DNA of 64,000 nt from Camelus dromedarius (taxonomy: Eukaryota): assembly GCF_036321535.1 (NCBI RefSeq), contig NC_087454.1:17360001-17424000 (forward strand), in the 5' to 3' direction. The notes below the pieces were generated by a model. The model saw only the letters and a program-made list of their open reading frames with translations, searched no databases and was not told where the DNA came from. A program made the position numbers and the translations under genes. How positions within the stretch are numbered: the stretch's first letter is position 1; every line of letters begins with the position of its first letter. This document shows positions 1 through 10,360 of the stretch, in pieces.

Positions 1-59
1 TTCTGAAAGGACACGGCCATGAGCTTATTTCTTAAAAAGATGTTTTCCGTGTTTTGTTT

Positions 60-460
60 GTCCGCTAAGAACGACCCATCTCCCCTCATTTGTGAATCTT
101 ACACCCGAAATTTGGTTGGTCGTGAGACGCGCGCGCAGACAGCAGCAAGGACGCAAAGGTAGAGAAGAGGATGGGGAAACTGCCCGGGTCGCATCCACAG
201 TCCAGACTCCACAACAGCCCAAAGGCCGGGGACCTCGCGAGGCCAGATTCCAGCTTCAGCACCGTAACCGACACGACTCAGAAGGTCATGACCCCCAACA
301 CCGCAGGAGCCCCGCCCGCAAAGCTGGCCCCGCCCCCGGCACCACCGCCCCCTACTGCCTCTAGAGGCCCCGAGCACACCCCCACGCGCAGCTTGCTCTT
401 TGGCTTCTCTGATTGGCCAGCTCCCCTTGTGCGGACCCAGTATCCTTTCCCCTGATAGGT
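60..460. promoter_or_regulatory. CpG-rich promoter-like element not attached to any gene visible in the window
   Basis: High CpG density; clustered GC boxes (CCCCGCCC, ~310-350); CTGATTGGC inverted CCAAT box at ~409-418; palindrome CCTCGCGAGG at 233-242. Confidence 0.6.
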
Positions 461-888
461 CACTCCCCCTCCCTGGCCAAAGCGACTGTCTGAGGCTGGA
501 ATGGGCACCTTGGAGAAATGGTTGGTACGTCTCTGCTGATCCTTTCCTCATTTCCCTCTAAGGGCGAGTGGTGGAATCTTAAGGTGATGAAGATGGAGAC
601 CCCAGGTCTGTGGGAGAGAGCACAGGCGAGTTGAGTCAAGAGACTCCCATGTTGGGGTGGCAGGAGGACGGGTGCGAGGCTGGTGCAGAGTCCTTGAACG
701 AGCAATTTCTCCGAGGGGTGCTCTGTAGTAACTGGGCTTTCCTATGAAAGACTTCAAGTGGAAAAGTACAAAACGTAATGTAATGGAAACCTGCATATCC
801 AACCCCCAGATTTTTAAAAGTTAACGTTTGACTTATTGCTTCAGATTGCGTTTAGAGAGATAAAAGATGACAAACTGAAGGAAGAACC

Positions 889-1618
889 TGAAGGAGATTT
901 AGTAGGGAAACTGTGGATGTGCCTGCACGCGGGACATCTCACAGAAGTGGCCGGACTTATCTGCAAACAGAAATTCCTGCCAAGGATGAAGATTTAGTAG
1001 GGAAACTGTGGATGTGCCTGCACGCAGGACATCTCACAGAAGTGGCCGGACTTATCTGCAAACAGAAATTCCTGCCAAGGATGAAGGAGATTTAGTAGGG
1101 AAACTGCGGATGTGCCTGCACGCGGGACATCTCGCAGAAGTGGCCGGACTTATCTGCAAACAGAAATTCCTGCCAAGTGACCCTTCCTCTTCCCAGGAGG
1201 AACATTGCTTGCAAACAGGGATGTTTATCTGTTCCTCTAAAGGAACAGGCCTGGGAACCGGAGGGTCTGAGAGCAATAAAGATACTTAAGATAAGGAAGC
1301 GAACAGGAGGGTCTGGAAACAATAAAGATACTTAGGATAAGGAAATGACCAGGAGGAATGTCTTAGATGTAGTGCGCTTGCGTTAATTCAAAAAATGCTG
1401 TCTCGCGATGCTTGGTATGGGTTCGGGTTGCTCCTTTGTGTGAGGGGTATAAGAATAAAGAAACCCGAGCCTCGGGAGACTTTTGGCACTACAGCCTCTC
1501 AGGGATTCATTTCGTCGGTCACATTTCGTCGGCCACATTTTTGTAATTCATTTCGTCAGCCACATTTTTGTAATTCATTTCGTCAGCCACATTTTTGTGA
1601 TTCATTTCGTCGGCAACA
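889..1618 (+). mobile_element. Young solo ERV LTR (730 bp)
   Basis: Starts TG (889), ends CA (1618); 5-bp target-site duplication GAACC at 884-888 and 1619-1623; TATAAGAATAAA (TATA plus polyA signal) at ~1448-1459; internal tandem repeats; many intact CpGs. Confidence 0.9.
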
Positions 1619-1959
1619 GAACCTTTACCCCTTAGGGGTAGCCCTGCTTCTAAAGATGGGTTGTATTCTCCCAGAACCTGTTTTTACTAAAATATTCAAA
1701 AGTACTTTAACAAAGATTAGATGCATGTGACATCATTCCAATGAACTGTACAGGACAGACAAAGCAGTATCAAGTGCTGTCTTGCTGCTGTGGCCTTTTG
1801 TATCTAAAATTTGTCACCTGCTCCCCCCCCCCCCCCCTTGGTATTGATTTTGTTTATCTATGTAGGTACATGCGGTTGAGTCCATCGCATTGAAAGAATA
1901 AATCATAATGTGTCCCTATGTTCCTCTGTTGATGAACGTTTAGGTTGTATACCTCCATA

Positions 1960-2270
1960 GTACAGAAGAGAAGAAGATTAAGGACCAAATCCTGCGGTAC
2001 TCCAAAGTTTGGAGGTCAGGGAGCAGAGAAGGTACCCGAGGAGCAAAGGAATATGAAGATCAGATGCGAGGGGAGAGTGAATTCTTGGAAGCCAGGTGAG
2101 GAAACTGTTTCAAGGAAGCAGTAGCGATCAGTTGTGTCAAATCCTGCAAGAAGGATGAGGAAGATGAGGACTGTGACCTGACCCTGTATTTTGCAATGTG
2201 GAGACCATTGATAGCCTTGTCTGGAGAACTTCCTGTAGCATGGGGGAGTAGGGAGTTTCAAGAAGAAATA
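1960..2270 (-). mobile_element. L2 LINE remnant
   Basis: TGTGTCAAATCCTGC...AAGATGAGGACTG...GCAATGTGGAGACCATTG resembles the L2 ORF2 consensus (recognised by eye). Confidence 0.65.
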
Positions 2271-2795
2271 TGGAGATGTCAGAGGCACAGAGGCAGAGGA
2301 GGCAGGGAACAGGTTTAGCATCTCAGAAACAGCAATTAGGAGAGCAGAGAATAAACCCAGGGACACCTTCAACAAAACTAGGTGCCAAGTATCCCCCTGA
2401 ATCCCAGAATTCAGGTAGATGGGGGCCAAATCACCAACAGCAGCCAGAACAAAGTGGGAGCAGCTTTCATTGGAGTGCGAGGGGAGACAGAGGCAACTTC
2501 TTGTTCAATGTAAAAAAACAAAAACAAAACCAAAAAAACAGGAGGAGAATGGTTGAGTATGCTACCTTTTAAGGGAGGGAGGAGATATTTTAAAAATACA
2601 AACAGTTTAAGTTTTTTTCAAAAGGAAAGAATAACAACAACAAAATTAATTAAAATGNNNNNNNNNNNNNNNNNNNNNNNNNNNNNNNNNNNNNNNNNNN
2701 NNNNNNNNNNNNNNNNNNNNNNNNNNNNNNNNNNNNNNNNNNNNNNNNNNNNNNNNNNNNNNNNNNNNNNNNNNNNNNNNNNNNNNNNNNNNNNN

Positions 2796-2875
2796 CCCTG
2801 CCCTGACCACCACTGTGATAACCCAGAACTCCTCTAGACATTGCCAGATGCCCCCCCTGGTTGAGAACCACTGCT
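2796..2875 (+). mobile_element. MER20-like hAT DNA transposon 3' part, preceded by N run 2658-2795
   Basis: CTAGACATTGCCAGATG...CTGGTTGAGAACCACTG is the typical MER20 terminus. Confidence 0.7.
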
Positions 2876-3514
2876 GTAGAGACAGAAAGCAGGGAGGAGG
2901 GGATAGGAATGTAAACTTGACTTATGAACATGCCTTGCTTTATAGTTTTTACTTTGGAACTATGCATATTTTTATATAATTAAAAAGCACCTCTTCCAAC
3001 CACATATAGTAGTTATTTTCCTCGTGGCCTTATATACCTGCAGAGTCGTCCATCATTGGGCTGAACTATAGTGCCCTCAACCAGATCTCTCTTCATTCAC
3101 ATTTGCCTTTTCTGTGTTTTACTGTTACAATAAGCACTGCAGTGAATGGACCTATGAAACTTCAGTTAGTATTTTTGCCAGTGTATCTTTAGAATCCGTT
3201 CCTCGATGTGAAAATTCTGGCTTAAAGGCTAAATGGATATGACATTTTATTAGCTGTTACTAAATTCCCCTTTGAAGTGATGAAAACCCCTCCCACCCAG
3301 AAAAATTGTTTAAAAATGGACAAAAGACAATTCAGAGACAAAGAAAAGAAACATGATTTAAATCTTGCTCATACTAAGAGAAACACAGATTAAAAACTAC
3401 CTTGAAATACTGTTTCTCAAGCTTCTACTTGACAAAAATCTCAAAGTTTGACATCTTTGTGAGTAATGCTGTGTGGAAACAGGTACTTTCATTCTTTGCT
3501 AGAAACATCATTAC

Positions 3515-3705
3515 AGCCTTCTTCTTATAAGGACATCAGTCATATCGGATTAGGAGCCCATTCTGTTCCACTATGAACTCATTTTAACTTAGTTACATTT
3601 ACAACCACCCTATTTCCAAATAAGGTTACACTCTAAAGCAGTGGGGATATTGACTTAAACTTATCTTTTTGGAGAAAGGGGGGTGGGACACAAAAAAACC
3701 TACAC
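3515..3705 (+). mobile_element. MaLR (MLT1-type) LTR fragment
   Basis: CTTATAAGGACATCAGTCATATCGGATTAGG...CCCTATTTCCAAATAAGGTTACA resembles the MLT1 3' part. Confidence 0.7.
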
Positions 3706-3779
3706 ACTGTCCAAGGCTTCTCCAGATCTAAGCATTCTTTGAAAAGCTGGGATTGTCCTACAATTGCCCTAAAACTGAA

Positions 3780-4290
3780 AACTAAAATCAGGAAAGGTGG
3801 ATGATCTTGTTTATACGTTATAAAGCATTATTAATCCTCAAAACAATGTGGTATTAGTGCTTAAAGAGAAAGATCAATACAACAGAAGAGGAAGTCCAGA
3901 AATAGACAAGTAACATAGGAATTCGTATCCAATGAAGAAAGCGTTTCTAATCACTGGGAGTAAAGTTGGACTATAAAAGTGTTGAGACAACTGGATAGAC
4001 ATTTGTAAAACCCCATATACCAGAATGCACTTCAAGTAGATCAAAGGTTCAAATGTAAAAGGAAACACAAAAATGCAGAAGTACTCAAATAAAATATAGG
4101 TGAATTCCTTTGATTCTTGAAGTTGGGCAGACCTTTCCAAATATTACTCAAAATCTAAAAGCCATGAAAGAAAATATTGGTAAATTCAATAATAAAAATA
4201 AAAAGGTTGCAGAGCCAATTTTATTATAAGCAAAGTTAAAAGACAAATGACAATCTGAAAAAAATTATTTTACAACTCATAAAGGGCTAA
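3780..4290 (+). mobile_element. Old L1 (L1M) ORF2 remnant
   Basis: A-rich degenerate L1 ORF2 motifs (AAAACAATGTGGTATT...AGATCAATACAACAGAAGAGGAAGTCCAGAAATAGAC). Confidence 0.65.
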
Positions 4291-5825
4291 TCTTGCTAAT
4301 ATGCAGGGCTTTTGGAACTGGTTTAAACCACTTCATTTACACAATGAATATCATGTTTCTCTGGAAAGAAAGGAGGAAGATCCCTGTGTCCTGTTGAAGA
4401 CACAGCTCCAGGACAGACTACTAAGCAAGCAGTGGGAGAGAGTATGTCTGTATTATTGTACAGATAGGGTGAGAAAGAAGAGTATATTTTTCATTTCTGT
4501 TTGCATAAATACTGGAAGGGGAACTGTGTGGACAGGGACAGTGGTGTGGAACTTGACTCTCAGTGCATATTTTTTCATATAGTTTTGATCTTTGAATCAA
4601 ACTTATTAAAAAATAAAATGAGGATATGACCAACGGTAGTTGAGATCTCAGTAGTATTTTTCTGGATACCTCCAAACATTTGTTTTTGTTTTTAAGATTC
4701 CATTATTACCATTTTACCACAACCTGTTATTTGCATTATAACTTTTTACCCTTTGAAATATAAATCCTACTTTTGTGAACCTATTTTGAGACATACTTGA
4801 AAGTGACTGTATCATTTTTGTTAATTAAATTTTTAAAAATCCAGCAATAGGTGACTGGTGAAATAAACAAAGGAGTATCACACAATGGAACACTATGGGT
4901 AGTTGTAAGGCCACCATTTTACTATCTAGGAGTTAATACTTTTGATTTAATCCAGTTCTGTTTTTATATGCAGAATAGTTTTATTGTTCTACATGGAGAT
5001 ACTATTGAAGATCTGATAAATATGTTATGATGTAAAGGAAAAAGAAACAAGTTCCCCTGCCTCCCCCAATATTCCCCTTTTTCACTTTGGCCACATAGGA
5101 CACAATAAAACTTGTAACATCAAGATCATAGCAAAACCCATTATTTGTGATTTATACCTTCTTAAGGAGGCCCCAGTGAGCTTCATACAATCAATCCTGG
5201 AAGTCATATAACCTCCTGTGCTTTTCTCTGTCCCTTTCTTTCAAAAAGCCCCATAAACAGGGACAACCAAACGAAGTATTAGTAAAGGACATAATTTCTA
5301 TGTCACCACTGTTATCTACTTGTCTTAAAAGATCTCTGAGATAATCAGTGAGACTGATTTCAGGTTTCTCTTCTCTCTTACCTGGACATTAGAGCTGATA
5401 AAATTCTGTGGTCAGAATATCAAAACAGACTCTTAGAATTGTAAAAGACCATAAGAGAGCATCTTAAGTGTTATTCAGACTTCTTTGACTGTAACTCCAA
5501 TAAGATATGCTTTCTTCTTTATAACTCAGAACATACAGGCATATGCTTAACAACTTAAGTGCCTGAAGCCTACATTCTGGGAAGCCGTATTTATCCTTAC
5601 AATGTGGCACTCTCTAATGCGCCTATTATATTCCTAACAGGCCATGAAAAACACCACTTTAATCCATCCTCTTTGCTTTTAAATAACCAAATGGAAGCAC
5701 AAAGAGTAGAATAATGATTTAGATTTATCGATAAGTGGGCAGCGCCAGGTCTCCTTGTCCTTTTTCCTTTATGTTCTTCTCCATTTCAGTCACCCCCTTG
5801 GTGACCTCAGTGAGTCTCAAGACTG

Positions 5826-6355
5826 TTTTTTTTTTAAACATTCTTTATTGATTTATAATCATTTTACAATGTTGTGTCAAATTCCAGTGTTCAGCACAAT
5901 TTTTCAGTCATTCATGGACATATACACACTCGTTACATTTTTTTCTCTGTGAGTTATCATAACATTTTGTGTATCTTCCCTGTGCTACAGTATAATCTTG
6001 TTTATCTATTCTACAATTTTGAAATCCCAGTCTATCCCTTCCCACCCTCCACTCCCCTGGCAACCACAAGTCTGTATTCTATGTCTATGAGTCTATTTCT
6101 GTCCTGTATTTACACTTTGTTTTTGTTTGTTTGTTTTTGTTTTTGTTTTTTAGATTCCACATATGAGCGATCTCATATGGTATTTTTCTTTCTCTTTCTG
6201 GCTTACTTCACTTAGAATGNNNNNNNNNNNNNNNNNNNNNNNNNNNNNNNNNNNNNNNNNNNNNNNNNNNNNNNNNNNNNNNNNNNNNNNNNNNNNNNNN
6301 NNNNNNNNNNNNNNNNNNNNNNNNNNNNNNNNNNNNNNNNNNNNNNNNNNNNNNN
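5826..6355 (-). mobile_element. 5'-truncated young L1 3' end inserted into an L2 remnant
   Basis: Poly-T, then TTTATT (AATAAA on minus), then a typical L1 3' UTR and ORF2 end; N run 6220-6355; AGACT on both flanks; L2-like sequence continues on both sides. Confidence 0.8.
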
Positions 6356-6739
6356 AGACTTTAAATGCCACCCATATACTAATGACTCCCAAATTTATAG
6401 CTGCACCTTAATTCAACTCCATTCACCCCAAAACTACTCTTGTCAAAGCTACTAATGACCTTCATACTACTAAACCAAGGGACTGTTCTCAGGCTTCTAA
6501 ACACTTCAGTATATTAGCAGTATTTGAACCCAGTCAATTATTATTCCCTTATCCACTTGGTAATCTCTTGGACTCCTCAGATTTCACAACAGAATTTCTG
6601 ATTCACCTTCCCCCAACTCCAGGACAGTACACTTGTTTCTCTTACAGATGACCATCTTAGAGAAACTCTTCTAATTCTTCTAGTTCATTCTTTCAGCCAC
6701 ATTGAGTTTGAGGGCTTAACATCTAAGAAAACACTGAAC

Positions 6740-8300
6740 AAATTAAAAGAGAAAAACCGTATAATCATATCAATACATAAAGAAAGTCTGGCAGCCATTT
6801 AATTTTTTTTTTAAGGAAAATCGGAATGGAAGGTAACCAATTACATATAATGGAGATACCAAAGTTAATAACAGATACTATCCTAAAGAACAACACTTAA
6901 TACCATGTTAATTAAAACTAAGAACTAAGAAGGGATACCTGCTAAAAATATTATTCAGCTTCACTTGGGAAATTCTTAGTAAATGCAGTACAAAGAGAAA
7001 ATGAAATGCTTGGTATTCACATTAAGAAAAACAAAACAAAAAAAAATGACAAGATTATTTTGCTGATGACTAGGAAAAATTCAAGGGGCTCTTAGTTTAA
7101 GAAGGAAAGAATGATAGAAATTGGTAAGTTTGCTGGATATAAAACAACATCAATAAATTTCTTCCTTTCTAGCAGTTAAGACCTAAAAAAAAATAAATAA
7201 ATAAAAGAAGAGTATTCTATTCACAATCAAAACAAGGACATAAATTAATTAGGTATAGAATTAAGAAAGGTACCTGACTCACACAAAGAGAACAGTAGAA
7301 AAGACTAAGAATACAGAAATAGATCCCCTTACATAAGAACTTAATAAATAACAAAAATGATATATTTCAGTTCAATGGGAGAAATGGGTTACTTAATAAA
7401 TGGTGTTAAAACAACTAGCCATTCATCTGGAAGAATGTAAACTTGACTATCTTAAACTACATAAAATAAATTCTAGATGGATTAGAGGCTAAAAAACTTT
7501 TAAGAAGCAAACATTTTTAGAAGAAAACCTAGGAGGTGAATGAATAATGGAGGGGTGGGGTTCAGTTTCTTAACCAAGAGTGGAAATATAGAAGCTATGA
7601 GAAAAGATATATTTGTGATTAAAACTTAATATTCAAAATTTTATATAATACATATCAGTGGAAAATACACCATAAACACAAGAACCATAGAGAAAAAAAG
7701 CCAAGAGTAGAAAACTATCTGCAACACAGGTTATAACTATAAGGTTCGTTTCTCTACCATAAAAAAAAAAACAGAACTGAGTAAGAAACTGCACAATGAA
7801 AAATTTAGAGATAGAAGTGGAAATTCTCTGAAAAGCTAACTCAAATGGCCAAGAAACCTAAAGAAAGGTTGCATTGGTGGCCATGGGAATGCAAATCAAA
7901 GTGACAATATGAAATAATTTTACACTTTTGATTGGCAGAAATTAATAAGATCACATCTTGATGGTTGGAATGCAGGAGGAGGGGCTATTTTCAGGCTATG
8001 TCAGCACCAACTGAAATTTAAAATACGTTCTAATCTAGCACTTTCCGCTTTGAAATTCTGTTCTTTATTGCACCGTGGTCAGCAGTGGTAAATAGAGACG
8101 TCAATGCTTATCACTAGGACGTGGATGAATAAATTATTCTATTCCACGTGAAGGACATAAAAAAAGGTAATTTGATTTGAAAGGGTTTCCATAAGGTTCT
8201 GTTAAGAGAAAAGCAACGTGCAGAGAAGTATGTATATCACCATTTTGTAAACAATTATGCATATGTATGCTAAGTGAATGTAAAAGACCTAATTCAAAGG
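6740..8300 (+). mobile_element. Old L1 (L1M) ORF2 remnant
   Basis: Long A-rich degenerate stretch with recognisable L1 reverse-transcriptase-region motifs and many stops. Confidence 0.65.
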
Positions 8301-8795
8301 AAAACATGATTAACTACATACCAGTTTGGGGAAGGGGAGTAGGGATGTGAAGTGCCCAGTATGGCGGAGACAAGGGGATGCAAGGAACCATGCAAAACAA
8401 TGGGGAAACAAAGACCATTAAAAAATAGAACAATTGACTATTAAAGATTTGTATGTGCATACGTAAAAAAGTTTTAAGACTGAGCTGCATTAAGAAGTGA
8501 GTAAACCTGGTTCATACGAAACATTTTTTCCCCTTGGATGCGAAAAAGATGTTATTAACGGAACCCTAGAATTAAAATTTCAAAAGCTTAAAGGGGCAAT
8601 TCTATGAAAGTGTCCCCAAATATTTAAAGTGGTATAGCTCACCAGGGTTGAAAACCCTGTAGTCGGAGAAATACGATCTAGTTAGGCGCAGAGTGGAAGT
8701 TTCAAGTATTACCCAATCAGAGAAGTAACGTTATTAAGAGAAACCGGGTAAGGAAGGGCTTTAGCTCTTTAAATTCCACGGCAGCCAAACTGACC

Positions 8796-9018
8796 GTGGC
8801 AGGAAACTAGCTGACAATCTGTAAACCCACCCAGGGTAAGGCGCCGCCAAGCAAGAGCGACCTGCAGGATCAGAGCTGGTCCGTGATGGCGATGCAGGTA
8901 AGCGTGTGAGGCCTACCTGAGGTCGAGGACACCAATCTGGGCACCATACACAGCGGAGAACCATCGTCATCCCCAAGGTCAGACAGCTCGCCCACACATC
9001 GTCCTATAGAAAGCGTTA
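8796..9018 (+). pseudogene. Decayed histone H3 pseudogene with internal deletion of ~60 codons
   Basis: GTGGCAGGAAACTAG...GGTAAGGCGCCG aligns to the H3 N-terminus; the downstream part aligns to [40 protein letters not shown] with frameshifts; upstream CCAAT at 8713-8717; degenerate stem-loop at ~9044-9064. Confidence 0.85.
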
Positions 9019-9544
9019 CGTAGTAGGTTTCGCTGATTACCTCAAAAGAATCTTTTGAAATAGCAGATTTAGCTGTCTCCACTTAGCTCTCACAGAACAC
9101 CAGGGAAGTCTAAAGCAGACAAGGAGAGCAGGCACACGAATCCAGCCTGAGCCAGGGAGGTTCGATCATAGCTACAAGTAGTTACCACTGAGGACAAGTT
9201 AGTTTGGGGTGTGGGACTTCAGGATAGGTCCAAAATACTCCCCCCCACCCCACCGCCCCGTATTTTTAATATACAGGTAAATGCAAACTGGATATAAAGT
9301 ACTAGAGAAAAGTGGCTCCCAAACTTTGATGTTTAAATTACCTAGGAGGCCAAGCACCAACCAGCTTCTTTCAGTAGGTAATACCCAGCTTCTAAGACTC
9401 AGAACTTATCTAAACCTCAAAAAGATCCTGATGTAGAGCAAAGGCTAGCTTGGGAACGCACTATATTTGCATGGATGAAGTTTACTAAGTTTATATAAGA
9501 AAAGAGATCTGCGTACTAAAGCTCTTTCCCTGAAATGTGTTGGT

Positions 9545-9560
9545 GGCTCTTAAAAGAGCC
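9545..9560 (-). terminator. Histone 3' stem-loop of H1-1
   Basis: GGCTCTTTTAAGAGCC on minus followed by ACCA; AAAGAGCT downstream element ~9520-9528. Confidence 0.95.
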
Positions 9561-9595
9561 GTTGGGTTAGTGTAAGGAGCTTCCAACCGGGACTT

Positions 9596-10252
9596 TTACT
9601 TCTTCTTGGGTGCTGCCTTCTTGGGCTTGGTAGTTGTTTTTGGCTTGGTAATCTTCGCCTTGGCCGCTTTGGGTTTTACAGCCTTGGCCTTGGCAGGGCT
9701 CTTAGCTACTTTTTTAGGCTTCACAACTTTGGGCTTCTTAGGACTCTTGGAGGACTTCTTTGCCACCGCGGGCTTCTTAGCCTTTTTTGGAGTCTTGACT
9801 CCTTTTTTAGCAGCAGCCGCCCCCGTGGCCTTCTTGGGCTTCTTAGCGGCGCCAGTTCCTTTGGTTTTCGCTGCCACCTTTACAGCGCTGGGCTTCGCTT
9901 CCACAGAGGCCACTTTCTTATTGAGCTTGAAAGAGCCTGAGGCGCCGGTGCCCTTGGTCTGTACCAGGGTGCCTTTGTTCACCAGGCTCTTAAGACCCAG
10001 CTTGATGCGGCTGTTGTTCTTCTCCACGTCGTAGCCGGCGGCCGCCAGCGCCTTCTTGAGCGCAGCCAGGGAGACGCCGCTGCGCTCCTTAGAGGAGGAA
10101 ACGGCCTGCACAATCAGCTCCGAGACCGAAGGACCCGCGGGCTTTTTTTTCGTGGCAGCTGCAACCTTTGCAGGCTTTTTCACTTTTTTGCCAGCTGAAA
10201 CCTTCTCAGGAGGAGTGGAAACAGCTGGAGCGGGCGGCGCGGTCTCCGACAT
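9596..10252 (-). CDS. H1-1: Linker histone H1.1, 218 aa
   Basis: Intact ORF; H1 globular domain with the H1.1-type ELIVQA motif; TATA and CCAAT upstream; syntenic position. Confidence 0.95.
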   Translation of the reverse strand: MSETAPPAPAVSTPPEKVSAGKKVKKPAKVAAATKKKPAGPSVSELIVQAVSSSKERSGVSLAALKKALAAAGYDVEKNNSRIKLGLKSLVNKGTLVQTKGTGASGSFKLNKKVASVEAKPSAVKVAAKTKGTGAAKKPKKATGAAAAKKGVKTPKKAKKPAVAKKSSKSPKKPKVVKPKKVAKSPAKAKAVKPKAAKAKITKPKTTTKPKKAAPKKK

Positions 10253-10328
10253 GGTGAACGCAGAGAAAGACCAAAAACACTACTTACACCCAACAAGGCA
10301 GTAAGACGCAACAGGACCCCGGAGCGCG

Positions 10329-10360
10329 GTATTTATAGGGCGGGGCCGCGCTATGATTGG
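10329..10360 (-). promoter_or_regulatory. H1-1 core promoter (TATA, GC box, CCAAT)
   Basis: CTATAAATA on minus at ~10330-10338, GGGCGGGG, and ATTGG at 10356-10360. Confidence 0.8.

Noticed and set aside
889-1177. Direct repeats resembling a CRISPR-like array
   Set aside because: Head-to-tail units with no unique spacers, inside a TSD-flanked LTR in mammalian DNA
913-1289. Repetitive ORFs MDVPARGTSHRS...
   Set aside because: Translations of the LTR tandem repeat
9159-9167. B-box-like GGTTCGATC
   Set aside because: No A box or tRNA fold; a single 9-mer can occur by chance
9606-10034. 142-aa hydrophobic plus-strand ORF (and the equivalent 37760-38542 and 37833-38255 ORFs)
   Set aside because: Antisense shadows of Lys/Ala/Pro-rich H1 codons; no independent promoter or processing signals
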